Source: Octopus bimaculoides | Lineage: Eukaryota | Assembly: GCF_001194135.2 (NCBI RefSeq) | Contig: NC_068990.1 | Span: forward strand, 81,251,854-81,315,853 | Direction: 5' to 3' | Length of the DNA stretch: 64,000 nucleotides | In this document: one piece after another, positions 1 to 12,883 of the stretch | Position numbering within the stretch: position 1 is the first letter of the stretch | How the letters are laid out: every line of letters begins with the position of its first letter | Position numbers and translations under genes: made by a program | Notes under the pieces: model-generated | Seen by the model: the letters and a program-made list of their open reading frames with translations, nothing else | What the model was told of the DNA's origin: nothing | Databases searched by the model: none

Positions 1-31
<31 letters not shown>

Positions 32-1614
32 TATATACATATATATAATACATACATGCACACACACATACAAATGTGTGTATGTATACGTATGTATGTA
101 TTGCATATATATATGCATACCCACAAGCCTGCGTACGTATGTGTACATTTGAGTAATTTCCCTGTTATTTTTTTGCCGTTCGGAAATTGAATGCAATTGA
201 TCAGAAACGAACTTGCTCAACTGAGAATCGAAACCAAGCATATGTTAAGTGGGATGGCATTTTCTTGAAAGGTAAAGAGAAACAAATGTAATTTGTTACA
301 AGCAGCATAAACGACATGCTGACTGCACACAATAAACATTGTCGGTTAATCCTGTTTATTTACTGTGGAACTACCACTGTGAGCCTCGTGAAAGTAACTG
401 CATTCCTAATACTGACGTAGAGTTTAAACACGTGATAAATATGAACAAAATTTACTCAATTCTGTTATCGCAGTTGAGATGCATGCTATTGTTCCTTCTG
501 CTGTTACGAGCATATTTGTTTTGGAGTAGCTCAGTGCAGGCTCTGATCGAGGGAGTCCTCTTATTGTTGTTACTTTTGTTAGTGTCCGTTGTTACGTATA
601 GCGTATTTAAGACCATAGATGATGAAAATTCTGTTGCACTTCATTTACCCAAACGCCCGGCTTTTCCTTCTTTAGTGTCAGAAAATACGTCAGCTCTGAT
701 CAGTTACTGAGATTCTAGAAAAACTTACGTCAGTCAAAATGGAGTACTTTTACCATATCTTCGATGATACTGATGTGGTCGCGGCTGTTTCTAAGCGAAG
801 CCATATCTAAAATACCTCCTAAGTAGAGCTTCAATTAGCTGACAAATACATATATTTCTTTAGCTCTGTACAAACACAAGATGAACTGATTTTAGTTTCT
901 TTACTTCAACAGTGACTCCGTCAGCTGCTTACACTTTATGTAACCTTTATACTAAAAACGATCAATTCCATTCCATGCACATGCCTCTTCCTCCCACGGC
1001 ATTTCAATGTTTCTTATTACACAGGGCTGTGACTCTTTGGGATTATTTTGTTCAAGAAACTGTTGACCTATAAAACGTTTAAATTGAACATAAGTAACAG
1101 CAACGTCACCAATGTGAGAATAGGCGAAAATGTCATGAAAACAATTCTGATTTCTCTGAATCAACAAATGAACTTCTATTACGGTTAGAAATAACAGCCA
1201 AATCTCCTTTAAGACATAACCTACCAACTTAAATATGAGAAAACACTTTAGATCTCTGAAACGACGTAATGATCATGGCTGGAATACTTTTGAGGAACTG
1301 TGCTTAACCAGGGCTTATAAAAAAATAGCATTTTATACTATAGTGTTAAAATAATGAAATAGGCATTTCAATCATTCTTTGAAGTTTTTGACATTTTGAT
1401 TGTTATTTTCTAACATGTTTCGCACAAAGAATCACTAAATGTAGTGTAGATAAACTTATAAAAATGACCGTGAAATACAACCAGTGGGGGTTCGTTATTG
1501 GTATATCATTCCTACAACATTAGACTCAGGACTTTGATATAGAAGTTAAATTAGGGCTAAGTATTTTTCGGTTTTGTCTTTGGTTGAATTGAATGTTGCT
1601 CTCACCTTGACTTG

Positions 1615-1998
1615 TAAAAATTCTTCGATATCGAAGAACAAGAAAAAATTCCGAATGAAAGACTTTTAATCTTGAATGCTATGTGTTGAGAGGAATTCTT
1701 TAGGGTATGGATAATTTGCCTTTGGAAACATGGGTGTTTCGTTCAACATCCTCAAACAACCCTTATTCAGAGACCTTTTGAGCAGGATGGGCTATTCGAT
1801 CTGAAGAAAATTCCAACTGGGCCCCACCTTCAAGGTCATATACTGTTTATCTTGATATGAGATCACCATGTCATGCACATATGGTTGTGATGCATGTGTC
1901 TTGTGTACCCTTATCAGACGGGTTGTCATGATGGGTACATTGGGCTTCGTTTATCTTACTCCAGTGTCACTTTGATGACATGCACTGCTCTCTCACTC

Positions 1999-2000
<2 letters not shown>
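1615..2000. mobile_element. Interspersed repeat abutting an (AAT)n tract (end of a non-LTR element; orientation uncertain)
   Basis: GC-elevated block ending CACTGCTCTCTCACTC directly before (AAT)n at 2001-2060; resembles an abundant octopus repeat (recall only). Confidence 0.5.
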
Positions 2001-2051
<51 letters not shown>

Positions 2052-5000
2052 TAATAATAATGACAGAATACGATAAATTAAAACATGCGTACGAACAAAA
2101 CCATTATTTGACAGAACTCGGAATGATTAACAATTAATAAGTTTTACTGGGTTAGTTAAGAGTTATTATTAGAAGTAATATAAACAATGATAGAGATATA
2201 TGAGAGTATCTATCATGAGATAAGTGAATACAGGAGTAATGTGTTTAATCAACAAGAAATACAGAATAAAGAAAAAAGCTTTTAAGCTATTTATTTCAGA
2301 AACTGCAAAGAAAATATGTGAACAAAGAAGTAATTCTTTCATTTTTGCATGGTTGATTATAGGAATCGTTCGTCTTTATCTGGAGAATAAACAAAACAGA
2401 TTTTCTTTTTATATATTTTATTTTAAATTCTCCCGAGAGAATCTTCATTTAGAATGTAAGTGAATGGCGTATCGATCACTTTCTCAGATATTCTTCTTTC
2501 GTGAATAAAGCTTCTTCTTTATACGTAGTTTATTTGTTTACTTTTTTCTTCTTTATGTAATTTACTTAAATGTGTGCATATCTGAAATATAGTTAACAGA
2601 GAAAATCAGTGCTGTTAATTGGTTGTAAAGAATGGCCTTTTATGTGAGAACGAAAAAAAGAAAAAACTTCAACGCTATTGTTCCAGTTTCACGTGATGAA
2701 ATCATAACCGGAAGTACTAAAAAAATGATTTTGTTTGTCTAGAGTAGCTCACATAGTCGAAGTGGTGTCGACCCAAGGATTAAAGGTCTGGAATTTCGTA
2801 TCCTGTTACAGATGTTGAATTGTATCAAAATATATAACGCTTAATATTTCTGCAAGAATGCTGAGTAGGAATGGATACACTTCAGAATTATAAAGTTTCA
2901 AGAATGCTTTAAAATTCACATTAAATGCATTGACTTCCAGTGGTAGGATGTAATTCTGTTACGAGTCACATGAAAAGAGGTAAGCAGTACCTTTAGTGTC
3001 ATAGTCGGGTGTAGTTTGATCAGAGTTAAATACAAAATCCGAGGAAACATGTTTGAATAGTGCCAACAGATCGAATCAGCAATCCAGTTTTTATTTCGAG
3101 TTCATACTAATTGTAATCAACGCACTATTACTCTAACGAATCTTCTTCGAGTTTCGAAGACCTTATAACAATAAAATTGCCGTTCAAACAGAGATATGCT
3201 GCTGATAAAGAAATTAATTTCCTCTAGCTCTCATGTTTTATCACTCCAGAAAATATACGTATCAGGTCATGTGATTTTATTCCCTATCATAGCTATCGTA
3301 TTAAATGATTGATCAAAGTAAATAAATCTATTTGCTTTGTAGTCAAGAACTACATTAACATTTTTAAATGTCTTTCTTGTCATAAAATATTTATTCAGTG
3401 CTCTGCTTGATGCGTAGACTAGATATATTGATAGAGTTTAATATCACATGCTTTTCCTTAAGAGCTTAAACAGATGGATATTAGTAGGAAAATGGATGGA
3501 TATAAGCAAGAAAAATGCTTTAAAGAGATGAGGTTTTGGGGATGAGAAGGTTAGGAAAATTATTTGATGTGAATCCCTTATAAATATGATATGAAATGGG
3601 TGACAATACACACGACGAATACAAATTATTGTCATAGATGAAAAGGGATGAAACAGGATGTCAGAGATTGGACAGTGTCAATAATATGTTAACTAGTTTG
3701 TCGTAACAATGGTGTGTAGAGCAGTTTGCTTTACAGCAGCGAGTTATATTAAGCGACTCAGCTGTTGTTATCAAATAATCTACCTACTTGTAATTTATAA
3801 ATTAATTTTGTCACTTACGCTTTTATGTAGACTATGTTTAATATCAATTGCATTTTGCAATATCAATTTTATATACAATTTCTTGGGGAGGGAAGGCATG
3901 GCCCATGGCCCTTTACAAGAATTTCGAAACACATAGAAAGGAGGGAGAGTAGTATCCTCATTCTGGAGAATTGGACCAAACTCTGTAACAGAGTGGACTC
4001 TACTAACGGCACCCAGGGGGTAAAACCGGGTGAAGAAATTTCAGCAGACCATGGCGTGATTTGGAACACAGAACGCAAAAACAGAAAGCAATATAGCAGG
4101 CATCTTGTCTGACATTGCAGCCGGCCCGCCAGTCGAGCTCCCTGAACTGGTATATTCTTTATTGACCACCGAAAGGATGAGAGGCAATTCTATATCCTAT
4201 GTCTTAATTTTGGAAGCTAGTTTGCAGCTACGGAAATAAAAGGTTTCATTCTCCCTGGAAGAAACACAGTAGAAATAGCGAGCTCCACATTTATTTGGTC
4301 TCAGCTGCTCTGGAAGTTTACAGAAATTGGTTTTATTTTGAAACATTTTCGATGTAATATTGATTTTCTTTTTATGTATATATAGCCACAAGATAAAAAC
4401 TTTTGTCTCCGATGGATATAATCGATGAAATCGACCCTGCTGTATTACTCGTATTTATGTTGTCGACTCTAAAGAGTTGAAAAGTAAGTAGATCCCAATG
4501 GCTTTTAAACTTAGAACTAACCTAAATACGGAAGTGCTTTTAGTCTAGCACTTTGTGAACTTGGAGCCATAATTCGTGATATTATTACCAAACATTTTTT
4601 TTCTTTTTTCGATAATTCATTTACAATAGATTACAACATAAATTATTATTTTGATTAAGTATACGATAATCTTTAAGTATATAATTTGATGACTCGAATA
4701 CATTTAATTATCCCGGGGAATTATAACTGGGTATTTTATTGACCCTTGAGGAAAGAAATTTCAGAAACAGCTGCTTCTGTACAATGTGCACTTCGGTGGG
4801 TAATAGTTTTAACATTAGATTTAGTAAAGGTTTATTGTCTGCTCTCTCCTAACCAACTGTACCAAATCGACTATTACTACGTTTTTAGATATACATTGTC
4901 AATTTATAGAGGCTTCTTAAATCACCGCAAAGTACTGGGCAGGTAGAGATAACAGCTTGCCAAAGAACACAATCTTTCTATTTAGACAGTGAATCATACT

Positions 5001-6013
5001 TTGGAACATTTATTGTCTGAGAGAAGGCGGGGTTCATAAGACTGTTAGACTGATGGATAATTATTGTGTAGCTCCAAATTATATCTCATGTTATTACAAG
5101 CCGTCATCCTCCAAGTGTTGTTTTCACAAATGGTGTATGTAGTACTGTATTGCTTAATGGGTATATCCCTTTAAAAGAGAGCAGGGTGTGGTATAAAAAA
5201 GATTAGGCTGTTATTTCTAACAGGCACTGGCTGGATTACCGCGTAGAAGATCCCTCGTATATCAACAGATGGTTATTGTAGTTTATATATATTTTAACAC
5301 GCACACGCATCACATATGCATATCATGCATATTTGTGTGTGCGTATGCATATATGTATGTATAATTATATATACATGTACATATACGTATGTATGTATGT
5401 ATATGTATATATATATTTATATAACATACAAAATATATATATTATATATTCGATGTATATATATATATATATACATATATATAAATGAATGATGTTATGG
5501 ATATTAATGAGATGATGTCATACACTTCAACGGTTTCTATTAATGAAGTTTAAAACTCTGTTATTTTCACACCAATCATATTTTCTTGTTTATGACTTCA
5601 AGAAGCCATTTCTGTTTTCTAACAGATTCAAACTCAGTATTTTACCAATTTAAACATCGTTTTCTCTTTGATTAATTAATTCTGAAGAAAAATTGTCCTT
5701 CATTCTTCTCTGATTAAATTAGAAACTTCTATTATAAATTAATTTTCCCAAAAATATATACTTTTTTTCATAATAGAGATTTATTACATTGATTCGCAGA
5801 ATTAGTGGGGATTGAAAAAAAGGAAGAAGTCGATTGGCTTCACATCAGTTCAAGACTAAACTTACCGGCCCAAAGGAATAAGAGTCCAAGTCAGCATCGA
5901 TTGTACTTGAACTTAGAACATAAAACGAAGTAAGTAAATAATAATTGTTTTTAAGATGGGCACAGGAACTGGAATACGAAACAGTAGAGCGGTCGAAACT
6001 GTTTATCGTGGTG

Positions 6014-6334
6014 CAGTGGAACCTCGCTTTACGATTTTAGTTCGGTCCTGAAGGCCGTTTATCACCCAAAATGCTCGTACACCAAAATTATTTTTGCCAT
6101 AGGAAATTCAAGAGGAGGTATGGTGAATTCCAACAGGGATGTACAATGAGCGAAGACTAAAAAAAAAGTGGCACTCACCCGCGGATACTCCCAACTTGTC
6201 GGCAACTGTTGTTACTGGTTTTCGTGTTCCTTACTTGAGACACCTTTTGTCACTCGAAAGGTTTTATGTTCGAAAAATTGTTCGATAACAAATCTATTCG
6301 TGATAAGAGACTTTCGTAAACCGAGGTTTACTTG
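6014..6334. mobile_element. pogo/Tigger-type MITE (about 320 bp)
   Basis: Left TIR CAGTGGAACCTCGCTTTACGA (6014-6034) versus right TCGTAAACCGAGGTTTACTTG (6314-6334); the inner 15 bp match 14/15. The TA TSD is not preserved. Confidence 0.7.
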
Positions 6335-6367
6335 ACAAAATGCTTAACGGTATTTCGTACTTCTTTG

Positions 6368-6597
6368 GTGGCCAGCTGGCAGAACCGTTAGCAGGCCGGG
6401 CGAAATGCTTAGCGGTATTTCGTCTGCCACTGCGTTCTGAGTTCAAATTCCGCCGAGGTCGACTTTGCCTTTCATCCTTTCGGGGTCGATAAATTAAGTA
6501 CCAGTTACGCACTGGGGTCGATGTAATCGACTTAATCCGTTTGGCTGTCCTTGTTTGTCCCCTCTGTGAGTAGCCCCTTGTGGGCAGTAAAGAAATA
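6368..6597 (+). mobile_element. tRNA-derived SINE family A, monomer A1, nested in an older A copy (about 6335-6730)
   Basis: Head TGGCAGAA..GAGTTCAAATTCC, body CCTTTCATCCTTTCGGGGTCGATAAATTAAGTACCAG and tail GTGGGCAGTAAAGAAATA. Flanked by a 19-bp TSD GGTATTTC(G/A)TACTTCTTTG at 6349-6367 and 6598-6616. Confidence 0.85.
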
Positions 6598-8164
6598 GGT
6601 ATTTCATACTTCTTTGCGTTCTAAGTTCAGATTCTGCGGAGGTCAACTTTGTCTTTCAATCATTTGAGCACTAGGGTAGATGTAATCGAGTCGCCTACTC
6701 CCCACCCCAAATTTCATGCCTTGTCTATAGGATTATTTCAAAAGCCGTGATTTCTCAGATATTCCTGAAAAACTAGCAAGTTTATACGTGGTCGAATCAC
6801 TGAAAGTTATATAATGTGAAACTCATCAAATAAATATTTTAACAAACAGAGAAATTATTTATATCTGAAAATATTTTTTAAAGTAGCTATGAAAATAATA
6901 TAAATATGTTTTTGAATCTTTTGAGCAATGCGTGTGAGAAGTAAGACGATGATATGTGAGTGATGTCAATGAATAAAAAGAAAGAGAAAAGATATTGCAT
7001 TATCTTGCATGCATTATTTAATGTTTCCGTGATATTCCAGAAAAGATTCCCTTTATTTAATATAAGAAATAAAATAATCCAAGGATTATTTGTTTTTGTT
7101 TATTGATATCACCCTACATATTTTGCTTTGCTTCGCACCTGCATTGCTCAAAGTCTTTTAAACATTCATATTATCTAAACACTGCAACGCTTCAAGCAAA
7201 TTATCATACTACTATAGTGATATATCCATGGTAAGCACAGCTTGGGGGCTTGAAATATATTTTACTTCAAATGTTTTATTTCTTTCCAAAGTGTGCAGCA
7301 CAAAACGTTAGATTAGATATACGTAAAGCGACAAAACTTTAGCACTGTATATAGGGAACAAGTCCTTTAAGTAACTAATACTGTAGCTACATCGTTCTCG
7401 TCAGAATTCTGCATTCATTGTACTGGTGATGTTTGATATAAAAATTATTTTAACACCTAAAATAGATTTCTAACCAATAAATAATTGAAGATTTTCAGGA
7501 TTTCTATCAATGTCCTTGTCTAGTTTCCTCTCCAATACCATTAATCATTACAATAATAGAGGAAATGTCTAACGTGGAAATATATAATCTAGAATTTGTA
7601 AATAACAAACGTCAATAAACAAACAAACAAACTTGCTTTACCTTAATCAATTTCTCTCAATGACGAATATCAGTTGATTTATGACTCACTATAAATAATG
7701 TCAGCATCTTAGCACATCAGTCAAGATTTTTTCAAAGGTTTCTTCCGTTCTTTCACCATCATGGAATAACTAAAAGTCGATTCGTTGTGCAAATAAAGGA
7801 GAATATTTGCGAAAGATTGAAGGAGATGCTTCGTAAGTCTTTTTTCTACAATTTCTCAAAGCGAGAGATATATTACTGTCTTACACACTAGAACTACATA
7901 AGTATTATTACACCTATCTTACACGAGCTGGCCGGACTTATAGATCTACACAAACATTCTTTTTAAAAGTGAATGTTGCAAAGTATACCATGCGACTATT
8001 AAAATTAATAAACGACTTTGCTGATGTAAACAAAATAATTGAACAATCGAAAGAGCCTCTATGCAGTCGCTTCATCTGATAGAAGAGGCAACCGAATGTA
8101 ATTAAGGAGAGAAGCTTTGGCAAGTAGGATCTCAATAATAACAGTTTCAAATTTTAGCAATAGA

Positions 8165-8357
8165 CCAGCTGTTTTGAAGGGCGTATGTAAGTTAATTATA
8201 TCGACCCAGTACTTGACTGGTTCTTTATTTTATTAACCTTGAAAGAATGAAATGCAAACTTAACTTCGGTGGAATTAGAACAAAAATTCTAACAGCTCCG
8301 AACAATACCGAAAAAATTTTGTCCGACGTTGTATCTATTCAACCCGGCCACCACCTT
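8165..8357 (-). mobile_element. Old diverged family A SINE
   Basis: Reverse-complement similarity to the family A body and head (TCGACCCAGTAC..GAAAGAATGAAA..CCACCACC). Confidence 0.55.
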
Positions 8358-8375
8358 AATAATAATAGTCATTAA

Positions 8376-8781
8376 GGCGGCGAGCTGGTAGAAACGTTAG
8401 CACACCGGGCGAAATGCTGAGTGGTATTTCGTCTGCCGCTACGTTCTGAGTTCAAATTCCGCCGAGGTCGACTTTGCCTTTCATGCTTTCGGGGCCGGTA
8501 AATTAAGTAGCAGCTACGCACCGGGGTTGATGTAATCGACTTAATCCCTCTGTCTGTCCTTGTTTGTCCCCTCTATGTTTAGCCCCTTGTGGGCAATAAA
8601 GAAATAAGAAACGTTTGCACGTTGGGCGAAATGCTTAGCGGTATTTCGTCTGTCTCTACGCTCTGAGTTCAAATTCCGCCGAGGTCGACTTTGCCTTTCC
8701 TCCTTTCGGGGTCGATAAATTAAGTACCAGTTGCATACTAGGGTCGATCTAATCAACTGCACCCTCCTCCCCAAAAATTTC
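8376..8781 (+). mobile_element. SINE family A dimer (A1+A2)
   Basis: A1 ends AAAGAAATA at 8606; A2 restarts AGAAACGTT at 8607. Both units have the B-box GAGTTCAAATTCC and the same body. Confidence 0.85.
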
Positions 8782-9312
8782 AATTGGATGGACTAAACCT
8801 TTCCAACCGGTGCTCCAGCATGATCAGAGGCCCATGGATAAAACAAATAAAAGAATAGGATAATAAAGGAAGTATAATAACTGGCACAAAGGAGGCCCTG
8901 CCCTTCCATTGCCTCAACAACAATGGAGCGAACCAATTAAGGAAATTGCTTTTTTTTTTCCTAACCAGATTACTTTGTGATTTCGATATTTTTTTTATTG
9001 TTATTTTATTGTCTTTTTATGTTGTTTACTACAATTTCTGTGTGGTGGGGGTCAACAGTTTGCCATCTTAATCTAACAGATTAGTTCTACAGGACGCTTA
9101 TTTTATTTCATTCCTTCGTAATATCCATGAAGAAATCGACTGCAGACATCATTTCTCCATACATTTTATAGTTCATTCTGTCTCGATTTTCTTTTCCAAA
9201 TCTTAAATATTTTCGCTTTTCTTTTTCTCGCATTCCTTTCACTAGCTTCCTCGGCTCCTTCACTCTTTCTCTCTATCCCTCTCTTTCTCTTTCTCTCACA
9301 CACACACTCTTT

Positions 9313-9371
<59 letters not shown>

Positions 9372-10539
9372 NNNNNNNNNNNNNNNNNNNNNNNNNNNNN
9401 NNNNNNNNNNNNNNNNNNNNNNNNNNNNNNNNNNNNNNNNNNNNNNNNNNNNNNNNNNNNNNNNNNNNNNNNNNNNNNNNNNNNNNNNNNNNNNNNNNNN
9501 NNNNNNNNNNNNNNNNNNNNNNNNNNNNNNNNNNNNNNNNNNNNNNNNNNNNNNNNNNNNNNNNNNNNNNNNNNNNNNNNNNNNNNNNNNNNNNNNNNNN
9601 NNNNNNNNNNNNNNNNNNNNNNNNNNNNNNNNNNNNNNNNNNNNNNNNNNNNNNNNNNNNNNNNNNNNNNNNNNNNNNNNNNNNNNNNNNNNNNNNNNNN
9701 NNNNNNNNNNNNNNNNNNNNNNNNNNNNNNNNNNNNNNNNNNNNNNNNNNNNNNNNNNNNNNNNNNNNNNNNNNNNNNNNNNNNNNNNNNNNNNNTATAT
9801 ATATATATATATATATATGTCCATAAACATACATAGCATACATTCACACACACACATAAGCACACGTTTATGTGAAATATATAATTTTATATTTCTGCTT
9901 AATTGTTCTCCGAAATAATGCCTTTCCTACCACAAATAACTCCATTGTTATTTCTTACATCCTATATTGGAAACTATATATTCCACGAACAATATGAATC
10001 GTCAAAGACAGGAACATATTTCTAGTTCAGTCGGGATGTAACAATGATTCTGTGTAGTTTCGGAGTTTACATTCATTGCAAGTTTATTTAGAATTTATTC
10101 TATATGTCTTTACACTTCCATAACCGATTCATGAAAATGCTGTATGTATTTCTTATCTCATTATAAGAAAATGAGATTCCTGAAGAGATCAGGGGGAAAA
10201 CAGTATATTCAGAAGTTTAGCTTTCGTTAGTCTGAGAAGGTTTAGTGATAGCTTAGTATTCTAAATATTAATGGCTGGAACAAGAAACGTTTAGTTATGG
10301 TTACAATAATGATATAACAAAATACAGGAAGAATGAACAGCACAAAAATATAATATTCGAAATATGATGTAAAAGAAAACAAACAAGAAAAATCCTTTCA
10401 GAGAAAGCAATAATTTTCCTGGCATTTAAAAAAAATTATATCGGCAAAATGTCGATATCGACAAAAAGGCAGCCTGTCTCTCTCTCTCCCCGTCTCCCAT
10501 TCTATCTTTCTAGATGTCTATCTACCGATGCATGTTTCT

Positions 10540-10544
10540 CTATG

Positions 10545-10575
<31 letters not shown>

Positions 10576-10640
10576 GTATGTATGTATGTATGTATGTATG
10601 TATGCATGTATGTATGCATGTATGTATGTATGTATGTATA

Positions 10641-10690
<50 letters not shown>
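10540..10690. repeat. (ATGT)n-(GT)n-(TA)n microsatellite
   Basis: Read directly; source of spurious ORFs at 10449-10768. Confidence 0.95.
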
Positions 10691-10693
<3 letters not shown>

Positions 10694-10811
10694 CACACAC
10701 ACATGCATATATTCATAAATATATAGCTTGATAAGAGATGAAAACGAAACTTTTGGCCCCTGATTCATTTCTATAATTTTTCAACTATTGCTTGGATGTG
10801 GGTGTGTGGGG

Positions 10812-10855
<44 letters not shown>

Positions 10856-10859
<4 letters not shown>

Positions 10860-11395
10860 CAATAAAAGTAGGTACAAAGGCTGAAAGTGTGTCTTGGATA
10901 CTGGGTTCGCAAACTCCTTATCAATACTCCACAGATATCCTTTCTCTCTTGTATTATTCTAATCACATTGGTGTGTAAAGGGCAGCTGATTTCCACAACA
11001 GGTCCCACGCAAAATATCAGACCGTTTGCATTTTTAATTTGGTGGCTGTTTTAATTATTAAGTTCCACCAATATTCTTTTGGGCCCCTCGATCTCAAAAT
11101 AGTCTACTTCGTCTGTAAATGTTTTCTCTTTTAACCTGTTCTGCTCACCGCATCATACCTCATGGGAAGATACTATCTGGAAGACATTCCCCCGCAGTTG
11201 GCAATAATGTGGTTCACATTTTCAGTCTTGGTCATGCTCAGCCTATATTTGTTGTTTCTCAACGTTTTATGCCTTCTATGTTGTAGGTACTTGGTGTAGA
11301 CCTCTTGTTCTACACCAAGTATGGAGGTAGCCTTCGAAGTGGGATTTTCCGAATACCATACCAAGCTTTTGACATACGTCTCTTTTAATGGTTTG
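10856..11395 (-). mobile_element. Decayed RLE-type LINE fragment (R4/Dong-like): zinc knuckle plus RLE
   Basis: Across frameshifts: EQEVYTKYL..NNKYRLSMTKTENVNHIIANC (eroded CCHC; HIIANC at 11194-11211), SR*YLPMRYD, KEYWWNLIIKT (11062-11073) and VVEISCPLHTNV..QERKDICGVLIRSL (10979-10996). Clade label is tentative. Confidence 0.7.
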
Positions 11396-11404
11396 TGTAT
11401 GTTT

Positions 11405-11485
11405 GTATGTATGTATGTATGTATGTATGTATGTATGTATGTATGTATAGATATATAGGTAGGTAGGTAGGTAGGTCGGTAGATT

Positions 11486-11548
<63 letters not shown>
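11405..11548. repeat. Compound microsatellite (ATGT)n-(AGGT)n-(AGAT)n
   Basis: Read directly. Confidence 0.95.
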
Positions 11549-11549
<1 letters not shown>

Positions 11550-12883
11550 TTATGAACGTGAACACAAAATAGAAGACACAAGAGAGACAAGTTTTAACAA
11601 ATATTGTATTAGCTCAATGCTTACATATTTAAATGCATATGTCTATATGTGTCTGTGTATGTATATGCATGTATATATGCATGCATGCGTGTATGCATGT
11701 TTCCAACGCTTTAAACCATCACGTAACGATTTAAATAGTGAAATGAATTCGAATATGTAAAGGTTAATGTTCCAGGCAGAGTTTTAGTCTTTAATCAGAG
11801 TGACTGTAGCTAGTTCAAAATTGAAATAAAACGATATTTTTTCGTCACAGATTCGATCCTGTGGTGCAGAAATCTGATTATTAAGTGATATACCGTGTCT
11901 CCTATACCAATTTAACCATTGTAAAAGGAGAAAACTCATATATTTCGAATGTACTTTATGACATACAGCATAGAAGCTTATAATGCTACGGATGTCTTCT
12001 TGTCTTCATTGCCTCCGTTATCATTGTATCTCGTTCAAATCATCTTCCACACAATACAATGATAAAATAGAAATATTGGAGTTTGTAGGTTAATAAATTA
12101 TTAATAACAATGAGATAATATTTGATGAATTCGCTGACAGAAGTCATCATGAGACTTAACGCTTTCACAATGCTTTCATATAAAATAGACATTTCTATTT
12201 TTCATTCCATAGTCTGATATAAATAACTATAATCAAAAATTATTGTAATAATTACATACAGATGCAATCGCATCACTATGGTTTTCTTATCGTTCATTAG
12301 ATAAAATAAAACTACGCTTTTCTTTGACTCTGTTGAAAGGATTTCAACATTACCCAGTGGTTATTTTAATGGATTCGGAGAAGCCTTTCCGCAAAGAAAA
12401 CAAAACAACAGACCATTTCTATTGATCATAGACTTAGATGAAGTGTTTTTGACTCATCATTTCTGATTATTTCAATAAACCAGGCATCTCTTTACATTTC
12501 TAAATGAGAAGAGTAAATGGACGTATAATGAAAAATAAAGACTTGAGAGTGTAAATGGGTTGTGTTGAGTTGAAAGCAGTAAATTCACAGATTTGAAGTT
12601 GGCCGTGCTGGTTACGTGTAATAATGTGAAAGGTTGGTAAGGCAACCTTAGAGGCAACCACTAGATCATACTTCTGCTCGGATTTTATACCTGCAATGGT
12701 TAGTATCAAAATACTCTTATAATTACACTCTCGCTTCTTTAAAATAGGGAACAATGTATTTGAGTACTCTAAGATAAACTGTGTTTGTCAAGGTGTTTAA
12801 AAGTATTTCACCATATGTTTCCTCAATGCTAACTGATTTATAAACAACAACCGCATCGTAACTATGATCAACACAACAATGAT

